NCBI GenBank assembly: GCA_905331295.1
Contig: CAJNYD010000105.1
Span: 1 to 64,000 of the forward strand
Length of the DNA stretch: 64,000 nt
Reading direction: 5' to 3'
Source: Rotaria socialis
Taxonomy: Eukaryota
Shown: positions 53,437 through 64,000 of the stretch, one piece after another
Position numbering within the stretch: position 1 is the stretch's first letter
Layout: each line of letters starts with the position of its first letter
Program-made: the position numbers and the translations under genes
Notes under the pieces: generated by a model
Seen by the model: only the letters and a program-made list of their open reading frames with translations
The model's database searches: none
Told to the model about the DNA's origin: nothing

Positions 53437-56241
53437 ATGCCTGCATCAGCAGTAAATAAAAGTGAAAACAATGAACAAAAACAATCTACATTGAAAAATA
53501 ATGATAATCAAAGTAAACCTGACATTGGCGCTAATATCATTCTTATTGGAGCACCCGGCAGTGGTAAATATTATTCGTTTATGAAATATAATATGTTGAA
53601 ATTAACGATTTTTCTCCTGTCTTTTTAAGGTAAAGGTACACAAAGTGTTGGATTAGCAGAACGCTATCAAATTTGTCCGATATCAACAGGGGATTTACTT
53701 CGTCATGCAACTCAAGATAAAACATCGGAAGAAGGCCAAAGAATTCGGCGAGCAATGGAGGCTGGTGGACTTGTTGATGATAAAACAGTCATGAAATTGA
53801 TTGACCAAAACTTAAATAAACCTGAATGTCGAAACGGATTTTTATTCGATGGCTTTCCTCGAACGATCTATCAAGGGGAACAACTAGAACAATTACTTGA
53901 ATCAAGACAACAACGAATCGATGCCGTTTTGGAATATGCTGTATGTAATAATAAAATCAACAAATGAGTTTATTTATTGAGCGCACGTTCTCCATGATAC
54001 ATAACTCTTTCTATAGAATTTTTAGTTATATAGTTTTCATCATGGTAGAATCTGTGCTTTGCAATTCGACATCTAATGAGTTATTTAATCAAGTAGAAAC
54101 CGTTATTCCACTGTAGTTAGCTCGAAAATTAAAATCTTCGCTACTCGTTATTTGACATATTGTTTTATTGAGTATCCGTTGTTTGTCTCGATTAGAAAGA
54201 AGAAAAAAAACTTAGAAAAACATTCACATGCAACTCATTTGCATATATTCCCTTGGTTGCAATTAGAGCTGTCGTTGTTGAATTTGTTTTTATCGAAAAT
54301 GTTATTATTGTTGATTCTCAAATAGTTCTACGTACATAACAATTTTCTTAAGTCAATTTTGAAATTTTTCAACCTAGACGAACATTTGCTGCGTTCTTCA
54401 GTCTACTAACACAATCTCGCAAAACAAGAACACATGAAAAAATAAAGAGTCGTATTCAAAGAAAGAAAAACGAGACGAATGATACCAATGTATATATTTA
54501 AATACGCATCTATCTTACTCACGGCGTACCAATTGGTATTCTTTATCTTTTTCTTGCATCAAATAGAATCATGATTAAAAAAACACTTGAGAGAATGTCC
54601 AGGATATTTCATTATCAAACTTTTAATAAAGGAAAATTTTTTAACTTTCACATTTTGATATTCCTGCTAAATAAGTTTGAACTTATCGATTATCTCTGAG
54701 ATTACGGTATGATTGTTTTTCGTGAATAACTAAAAATAAAGATTTATTTCAATCATAATTAATTCTTATATTCATTGTTAATACTTTTTGAATTTCAAAC
54801 ACAGTTTCTATCTGTGAATTTGAGAAAGATTAGACTAGTAGGCAGAGTGATCCTGGATGAACATATACGCTAATATCTGTTATTATATTCGTGCTAAGTC
54901 AGTCGTCCATTTTTGAACTTATTCTTTGTGAGAACGATGATGATGTCATGTTTACAAAAGAAGATCTTTAAATACTCTAATGAGTAGCCATCAGTTGCGA
55001 TATATTTACAATAATATATTGCATCTATAGAGTTGTAATTTGAATTCTCTTTACATAGTTTAGATGATGTTTTCCAAAAAACGATATTTATATCTTGTTA
55101 TAGCAATCAAAGAATATAATAGCTCTATTATTAAGTTACTTCGGCGACGATAACACATTTTAGAATATATATTAGAAATAGAAAATTTTTCTAAAACATT
55201 AGTAAGAAAATGCAAGGTTCAGTTATGATTAGTTTTCAGCTCGTTCATAATATGAATAGAAAAGAAATTTACGGAAATTATTGGATAGCTTTATCTTTTC
55301 AAGTAAGGTAATTGTAGCGCATAGCGTAAGAGAAGATTGGCAGATTCAAATACATTTAGAATGATTCTCAACTATCAAAGCTAAATGACTTCTTTCGATC
55401 TAACATGTTATAATAACATGTCATAAAGTTTCTCAAGTGTTTCTTTTTATCATGGTACTAAATGATGTAAGCTTGCGATAAGAAATATTAATTAATATGT
55501 CAGTAGTAACGTAGACGTAGAGTAAAAACATGTTGTTATCGTTCGCTGTCGGAATAAAAGTCTTCATCTGTTGTCTTTTATTTTGACATTTCCTGTTGCT
55601 TTGGGATAGTCCGTATGCATATATCTACATTGATGATGATGTCATCATGCCTACAAAGTTCATGTTATGTATTATTCGTCAATCATATTTAGATTGAAGA
55701 TGATTTATTGAAACGTCGTATTCTTGGTCGACTTATTCATAAACCATCAGGTCGAACTTATCACGAAGAATTTCATCCACCAAAACAACCAATGAAAGAT
55801 GATGTTACAGGAGAAACTCTTGAACGTCGTTCTGACGATACTAATGAAACGCTCAATGCTAGATTAAATACTTACCATAGTCAAACAAAGCCATTGGTAA
55901 TAAAATAGAAAGGAAAATTTTCTTTGACTATTTGGTTCTGTTCTGTATTTTATTATTAGATTGATTTTTATCGTAAGAGACATGTTCATCGTTCAATAGA
56001 TGCGACACAACACGTCAGTAAAGTATTGAAGCAATCAATTGAAATAGTCGATCATTTTCGTCAACAACCAACTTATAAACTATCAGAAGTTATCGTAGAA
56101 AAAGCTCAGAATGAGGATGATTTAAATACAAAATCAAAACAAATAACAAATCAAGCTGATGCCGAAAAACGCCTTAGTAATAATTTTCTATTCATATATA
56201 ATTCAGTGACATCGGTATTACGTGAACGTGGTATTATTTAA
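53437..56241 (+). CDS. AK2: Adenylate kinase 2-like, 4 exons
   Basis: P-loop [43 protein letters not shown] region [34 protein letters not shown], and RL.TYH.QT.PL. Confidence 0.92.
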
Positions 56242-56551
56242 AACTTCAAGCACTAGTTTATTTAGAAAACTCAGGAAGAAAAATACGATCCAACATTAAA
56301 TAGACTAGATTTTTGTTTTACAACCAGTTTGTTTTTCCCCGTATCAACATTGGCGAGTCACGTCTTTCGTTTAGATTTCTAGTTGTGAAGATTAGCTCGA
56401 TTTTGTTTGGTTGTCGTTTTTTTCGCATTTTTTTCTTTCTGGTGATGTTTTCATTTTTTTTTTATGAAAAACAAATAAACCTTCAAGGTTGTTTTTTGTT
56501 GGATAAAGCGAATAGAAGATTATCACACGTTGTTACCATCGTTTTTTGCAG

Positions 56552-57626
56552 ATGTTTGTTGGCGTTCGATTCTTACTATTATTTACAAGTATGGTGGCAA
56601 ATCCCTTCAAGTAACCAAAAGAAAACTTATGCGAAAAGCATACATACACTGCTGTTCGCAAATATTGAATCACTCTCGAGTTCAGTTTTCTTTTCAATTT
56701 GTTTTCTTCCCCATATCACTTTTCTGCTCAAACCTACTCTATAGAATAGTTTTCGATATGCTCTTTCAGAATCTATCGCGATAGATTCTGAAAGAGCATA
56801 TCGAAAACTATTTTATAGAGTAGGTTTGAGCAGAAAAAATGATATGGGAAAGAAAACAAATTGAAAAGAAAACTGAACTCTACAGTGATTCTATATTTCC
56901 CAGGTCGATCAACTTGTATCGTACATGTGGTTGTCGTAATGTTCTACCTGGGTTGTGAACAGCACTGTATATTTACTCTGTTAGGTCAACTAAATGTGTA
57001 TTCTCGTCGGAGAGACGACTCGTCGATTTTACTAGTTCAAGTTCATCTGTTAACGATTGGATTGAAATATCGGATACGGAAAGGGATGTTGGAAAATCTA
57101 AAGGCGCACTTCTGCAGCAGAAAACACAACAATTTCAACGTGCAATTTTTTTCACACTACTTAATCCACAACCCAATGGTGCTGGATTTGCTGGTGTTGC
57201 TTATCGTCAACAATCGTTTGATTTAAGTGCATTCACTGGAATTAAATTATCTGTACGAGCACAAGGCGAAAATTATTGGTATAAAGTTATCTTAAGACAT
57301 CATAATGAAGAATCATCTTTGCTACCATCCTACGAAATCTTTTTCAAGGTAAAGAAAAACAGCAATAGTTAAAAAAAATAAATGCAAATAATCTGATTTG
57401 TTTTTAGCTACCAAAAAATGAAATGACTGATCAATATTTACCGTTTACTGATTTTAAACCTTATAGTCGGGGCAAGCCGTTAGATCCAAATACAACACCA
57501 CCACTGGATCGAACAGATATAACAAGTATTGGCTTGCAAATTTTTGGTGGTGTTTATTCGGCTACGAAACAACAGGGCGCTTCTAGTTTGGAAATTGATT
57601 TCATTAGTGCTGTTCAATGTGATTGA
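56552..57626 (+). CDS. CIA30/NDUFAF1-domain protein (invertebrate type); 5' exons uncertain
   Basis: Exon ~56984-57348 encodes LVDFT...W.EISDT.R.VGKSK...QRAIFF.LLNPQPNGAGFAGV...DLSAFTGI.L.VR.QG...YKVIL. The last exon encodes LPFTDFKPYSRG..LD...I.SIGLQ..G...LEIDFI.A. Confidence 0.75.
56661..56897. repeat. Loopless ~235-bp palindrome in an intron of the CIA30-domain gene
   Basis: Centre ATCTATCG|CGATAGAT at 56778/56779. Arms GAGTTCAGTTTTCTTTTCAATTTG... and ...CAAATTGAAAAGAAAACTGAACTC pair with only a few mismatches and one indel. Confidence 0.9.
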
Positions 57627-58548
57627 AAATCTTTGTTGTGCTGTTTTTGTCTTCTGTTAAATAGCAAAAAACAAAAGACAGGTTTCATTTTAGAATAGCA
57701 ATAGGTTCCAATTCTTCAATAAAAAGTATAATCTCCAATTGGCTTTCGTATTGTATTAATAATATTTACTTCACATATATTTCTTACTCTCTTCATCTCA
57801 TTTCAATAAATCCCCGTATGGGCTGCTGTCACGTAAGAAAAATAAAAAGGAGTGCAAGTGCAATTTTTCATTTTTTCAGAACACTGAAACGATGAAGATA
57901 AGATTAGTTTTCCGCCACTGATTCTCTGATCTTTTTTTTGCACTATATGCATTGTGTAATCAATTTGTCTAGTACATTTGTCGACCTTGTTCGTGAATAA
58001 AAAAAATCTCAAAACAAAATACTTTTTATTTTTAGATTAAATCGTAAGAAAAATCAATTTCTTGTGTTTGTATTTTTCAATTCAATTTAGACAGAGTATC
58101 ATATTGTGGTCTTATCATACAGCTTTCGAAAAAAAAATGATGTAACACAAGACAAAAAGAAACACAAATCGGATCAAATATACAAAATACGCATACACTT
58201 CTTATAGTTATTTATTCTAGTGAGTACACAAAAGTTAGCTGTTAGTTGTTATTTCTCGTTGTATTGTTTTTGAATAGAAAATCTATTAAGACTTTGTCGG
58301 CGAAAGTATTCGCAAACAGTAATTGATTAATCAAGTAGTAGGGGATAGAAAGGGACAGGAAAGAAAAGATCTGACATTTTTTAACATTACCAGCGTGGCG
58401 TTGCATTTTTCTGTCATTTATATATTCATATCTCATCATAACAAATAAAATAGAATTATTTAATCATTTCACGTAAAGATCAATTAGTCTACAGTGAGTA
58501 TGTTTATTTTAGTTTAATTTTCACTTCAAATAAAAACAAAACAGAAAC

Positions 58549-61500
58549 ATGTCAACAATGTCGGACGATCAGCAATCGAGCAATCATTTAACTGGCTTTG
58601 ATATAACTTCACTGGTTATTTATTTGATATTGTTAATTGGGACTGGATTTTATTCAATGTTTAAATATAATCGTTCGACAGTGAAAGGATACTTTTTGGC
58701 TAATCGGCAAATGCCATGGATATGTATAGGCTCAAGTTTATTTGCATCGAACATTGGTGCAGAACATTTTATTGGCTTAGCAAGTTCAGGTGCAGCAAAA
58801 GGTATTGAAAAAATTAAATTAAAAAAAAAGATCAATCGATAAAAGCCTTACATATATTTGAAATGGTTTAGGTATTAGTGTTGGAGCGTTTGAATTAAAC
58901 TCTATTGCAGTGATTCAATTACTGGGTTGGGTGTTTTTACCGGTTTTTATAGCAACTGGTGTATCGACATTGCCCGAGTATATGAGTAAACGATTTGGTG
59001 GACAGCGCATACGTGTATATATAGCATGTCTTTATCTTCTACTCTATATATTAACAAAAATAAGTGTGAATATCTATGCGGCATCATTATTTATCAATTA
59101 TGCTTTTCATTGGAATCTTTATCTAAGCGTTTTATTTGTTCTGATGTTAACTGCTGTGTGTACTGTTTCGGGTGGTTTAGCAAGTGTTATGTATACAGAT
59201 ACAATACAAGCTGTTATAATGATTATCGGAGGATTTTCTTTAATGGTTTTGTCATATACGAAGATAGGTGGTTTGTCAAATCTTTATCGAGAATATTTAA
59301 CAGCTATGCCATCACCGATTATTGATCAACAGTATGAAAACATAACAAATGTATGGTTAAATCAAACAGCTGCATCGATAACATGTGGGAAACCATCGAT
59401 GAAATCCTTTCAAATGTTAAGATCTTTATCTGATCCTGATATGCCATGGCTAGGATTTTTTCTTGGACATACACCAAATACAATATGGTAAATATTTTTT
59501 GTTTTGAATATTTTACAGTACATCTAATCCTTTTAAAAAAAATGTCAACTATGATAGTACTGATCTGTATAGAAGAGTAAAAATCTATTATTATACATGA
59601 TAAGTAGTTAAGGACAAATTTTCGTTGGTATATCTATCTGTTTAATTATAATTTCAGTCAATTTTTGTTAAAAGTAATAGAGTCATAAACAATTCAAAGT
59701 TCTTATCTTTTGCATTTGTATATAATCTTTGTTAACTTACAACATATTAAAATATGAGTAGTATTAAAAAACCAACAAGTTATTTTTCGATAAGATCAAT
59801 CTCATAGCAATAGTTCTAGAGGTTACTAGAGTAAATATGTGTCGAAAAATAGAAATAAATCTAGAACGCATGGGAATATTATTTCAAGAAGAATTGATAT
59901 ATTTGTATCCTGTTGAGATTCTATTGTAACAAAAAGAATTCCGCTCCATTGATTGAAATATAAACGGAGAACTCAAGCAAACTTTCATTCTAAGAAAGAG
60001 ACAGAACAAAATCTTCGTATCTAATCTGTTTTTTCATGACATCCGAACAAACAGAAAGCAGCGGTCTTAAAGAACAAAAGCAGATTGAATTTTTCTTCTT
60101 TCTTATTAGGTATTGGTGTTCAGATCAAATGATGGTTCAACGAGTATTAGCTGCTAAAACGATTTCCCATGCACGTGGTGGCACTTTATTAGCTGGCTAT
60201 TTAAAAATTTTACCATTATTTATGATAATTATTCCTGGTATGATAAGTCGAACATTATATCCGGACATTGTTGCATGTAATCAACCGTCGACTTGTGAAG
60301 CTATATGTCATAGTAAACGAAGTTGTACTAATATTGCCTATCCAACATTAATATTAAAAATTTTACCAAATGGTTTCAAAGGTATTATGCTTGCAGTTAT
60401 GCTTGCTGCATTAATATCAGGTTTAACATCAATATTTAATTCAGCAAGTACGATTTTTACTGTTGATCTTTATCCCAATATATTGTCCTATCGTCGAAAT
60501 AAAATAACAAACCGAGAATCGATGATTGTCGGTCGTCTATTTGTTATTATTATGACTGCATTCGGCATTGCATGGATACCCATCGTTATACAGATGCAAG
60601 GTTCAGAACTATATATTTATATGCAACAAGTTATCGGATTTTTAGCACCGCCGATAGCCTGCATTTATTTATTGTCAGTTTTATGGACACGTGCCAACGA
60701 ACGTGGTGCGTTTGCTGGTTTAATGATCGGTTTTGTATTTGGCCTAGTACGAATGGTACTTGAGTTTTCGCAGCAGCCTCCATTGTGCGGTGAAAAAGAT
60801 ACAAGATTTTGGTTGGTTCGAAAAGTTCATTTTATGTATTACGCATTATTTTTATTTTGGTTAACATTTTTTACTTGTGTTGTTGTTTCATTATTAACGG
60901 AACCACCGACAAAAGAGCAATTGAACCAAACAACATTTTGGACAAGAAATTCCGATAATATGGAACTTATCAGAATGAAGTATGAAAGAAATAATGGAGC
61001 TTCAATTTTAAGGTAACGTATAGACAAAGAAATTTTCCAATCGAACCGCATTGCAAGAGTCGGTTTTCTAACTATTTTATAGTTCAAAGAAGAACAAACA
61101 TTGTCTTATTGACTTGATTTTATTATGAATTTTAGTCGATCACTTCATTGCAATGAAGTCGCTTCATCATCACCAATCAATCATGCTGTTGTACATACTG
61201 CTGCTGAACACACACAGCCTGAAATCTTTCTTCCACCATCATCACCACTTGGTCCAGGAACCTTACTTATGAGTCGTGATGGCGATGATGACGTTACTAG
61301 TGTTCATATTAATACAGCACGAACAAGTACAACTGAAATTGAATTTAAAAACATAAAAACATTTTCGAATCATTCAGTATCAATTCCAGATAATTCCAAT
61401 GATCCAAACAATGGAAAAACAGGTTGTGATATGTTAGTTCTTTTAAAATCATGTTGGTCATGGTTCTGTGGCTTGGATGACACAAGCGCTACTGCCGATC

Positions 61501-61721
61501 AAGATGAATTATCGGCTATCAACACATCTTATCATTGTCTACAACGAAAACCAGAAAATAGTGATACGAACGAAGCACGTGCTTCGATGTTACAGCATAT
61601 GGAAGAACGGCCAATTATAAAATGGATATTAAATGGAAATTTAGTATTTGTTATTCTTGTTGAAATAGCTTTATTTGTTGTGTTTTCGTTACCTGCAAAG
61701 TATACATTCTTACGTGATTAA
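58549..61721 (+). CDS. Sodium/solute symporter, SLC5 (SGLT/SMIT-like), 4 exons
   Basis: GYFLANR.MPW..IGSSLFASNIGAEHFIGLA, TLPEYMSKRFGGQRIR, GGLASVMYTD, W|YWCSDQ.MVQRVLAAK...HARGG, LAALISGLTSIFNSASTIFT, HFMYYA. Confidence 0.95.
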
Positions 61722-62534
61722 TTCAATCTGTTTTTTAGTACTCAGATATCTATTTTTCTCCTGAATATCAAGTTCAACATTGCGTCTAGTTTATTCTATT
61801 CTTTTCCTTTTTTTTTTGAATATTTTACTCTTGAACGTTTTTATCGTTGTAACTTGAATTACTACTGTGCACTTTATTGGGCGAAAAACAAGTGAAATTT
61901 CAATAAAAACCAATGACTTAGTACATGCGTAGTATTGATGATTGAATTGCAATATTTGTTTTCGTTATACATGTTGCATGAATCTATATTTATCCTTTGT
62001 AAATATTATTTTACAGAGTTTCTACATAAACATTGAATCAATTTGAATTTTTATGAGAGATAATTAGCCCAAGATCAACTTTTTTTTTGTCATGATAAAT
62101 AGAAAAAGAGAAGTTTTTTTGTGTGGTGTTTCCATTTACTTTTGTCATGCGAAGGCATAACTCAACACGAAAAGTACCAGATACCGTAGTGGGTTGTGTC
62201 CAAGAGAGAAAGGAAGTTTCAGAGAAAGTTTACAAAAGAAGGACATGTCACACCTTCGTTTGCAATAACTAAAATTCTACCATCGTGAAAAGAGAAATCA
62301 TATAGAGAGTGTTTGTTTGAAGGCAAATGGTCTCCTGTCATGTATTCAAATAGGTTTTGAGCGACATCTATCAAATATTGATTCCATTGATACACTGTTT
62401 CAAGCCATTCTGAATTACACCTTTGTCCCATTATAATTTATTCGTTTACTTTTTTTGTCATGTAATTCAGGTTTACCTTTATTGGACTCCTGTATTTTGT
62501 TTACATCATTACTGTTTCATTTTAGAGTATTAAA

Positions 62535-64000
62535 ATGTTTGTCACTAAAGTATATCTATTCTCTCTCCTGATACTTATACTATCGAACCAAATTTCAAGT
62601 GAACCAATATCTCTCACTGACAAAACATGGAAAGATATGTTATGCGGCCAATGGATGGTTGAATTGTAAAATAATATTCTATTATTTATTCTTCCATGTC
62701 TTTTGCAATATTTTGTTTAGTTATGCACCGTGGTGTCCATCATGTCAATATTTTACATCCATATGGAATGATTTTGCCAAGGAGATGATTTCTAAAGAGA
62801 TTAAAGTAGCTGCAGTCGATATTAATGATTATCCTTCATTATCTGGTCGCTTTCGCATTTCTGTCTTGCCGACAATCTATTAGTAAGTTAAATAAATGAC
62901 TATTCTGTGTCTATCTCTGATACATATATTTTTCGGTGAATTTAATCCATGTGACAACATTCACACGCATCGATTAGTCTCGGTAGAAGTTTATAACAAG
63001 AGTTTTTTTTTTGCTACACTTGTGAATGATTAATAACTAGTATGCTACTGTGTTCATTGTTGTATCGGAATTATTCTTCAGTTCAATTTGATATGAGAGT
63101 TTTTAGAAAATTTCGAAATGATTTTCTGATAATTAGTAATTGAAAATTTTTCTTATGATACTCTAGTGTTCGCGATGGCGTTTTTCGTCAATTTAATGGT
63201 GAACGTACATTAAGTGGTTTAAAAAATTATATTGAACTTCAAGAATGGCAACGTACAGACCCAGTCTCATCATTTGCTGCCCCAAATAGTCTTCCGTATG
63301 TTTATCTGAATGATTCCAATTGATTTTCTATTTCTCACTTTTTTAAAAAGAATGTCAATAATCAGTTCAATTTTCGACGTCTCTGTACTAGTCAAGGTTT
63401 GTTAAATTCTCTCATATGATTCAATTATAAATTCATATCTTACTCTAGGACGCATATACAATTTTACAAGATACATATGGATGGCCTCCATGGCTCATCT
63501 ATATATTCTTTACTGTTGTTGTAATTTTCGTTGGACTTGTTCTTGGATTTGTATGTAGATTTTCGTTTCATCGATTTCTATATTCATCATCGTTTTATTT
63601 AAGGGTGTCTTAATGATAATTGATTATTGTGTAACTGGTACGGTTAAAGATGATATAAATAATCTAGCAGATGATGCAAAAGATGTTGAAGATTTGGTAT
63701 GCTTCGACAGTTATGCAAAAATATTAGATACAATTTTTCCTGTAAATTTTTAGGACGATAATGATTCACAAAAAATACTCAAACCTAAAACAGCGCCGAG
63801 TTCTGTTCCGAAGCTGATTGCTTCATCAACACCACAACGTAAAACAAAATCAAATATTTCATCGTCCGCTACGCAAATTCAGGATGATGAAGCACTGCTC
63901 GATGAAATTCTTGGAGATGATAATGATGATAGCGAAGGATTAAATACATCCGATATAGCACAAGCAACTGATGAAGATGAACAAACGCCAAATGTAGTCA
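62535..64000 (+). CDS. TMX1: Thioredoxin-related transmembrane protein (TMX1/TMX4-like), runs off the window
   Basis: Signal peptide, WMVEF|YAPWCPSCQ, LSGRF.I..LPTIY|..RDG.FR.F.G.R, a TM helix and an acidic tail. Confidence 0.88.

Noticed and set aside
62219..62431. 70-aa minus-strand ORF divergent from TMX
   Set aside because: ATG-initiated and slightly GC-richer, but no recognisable family or convincing exon chain, so it cannot be supported as a gene.

Overview
AT-rich, gene-dense eukaryotic DNA with many short (~50-60 bp) GT-AG introns. Gene content and style (tiny introns, a bacterial-type gene with an intron, an rvt gene, an ART+TPR gene) suggest a bdelloid rotifer; this is an inference, not seen directly. 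About 17 protein-coding genes are recognisable: STEAP metalloreductase, SLC28 nucleoside transporter, SPATS1-like, KGD4/MRPS36, a bacterial-type agmatinase, a chitin-deacetylase-like protein, ORP5/8 with a trypsin gene nested in one intron on the same strand, bystin, a COMMD9-like gene, an ART+TPR gene, golgin-245-like, SLC35B2, AK2, a CIA30-domain gene, an SLC5 symporter and TMX. There is also a decayed rvt (cellular reverse-transcriptase-related) gene. At least eight non-autonomous DNA elements are present (hAT, piggyBac-like, P/hAT-like MITE, CACTA-like, mariner-like fold-back, Helentron/HINE-like), plus a loopless ~235-bp palindrome. Most notable are the rvt remnant lying tail-to-tail with the ART-TPR gene in an accessory island, the putatively horizontally acquired agmatinase with an intron and a mitochondrial-type presequence, and the same-strand nested protease. 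Exon boundaries were read by eye, and family assignments rest on remembered motifs, not database searches.
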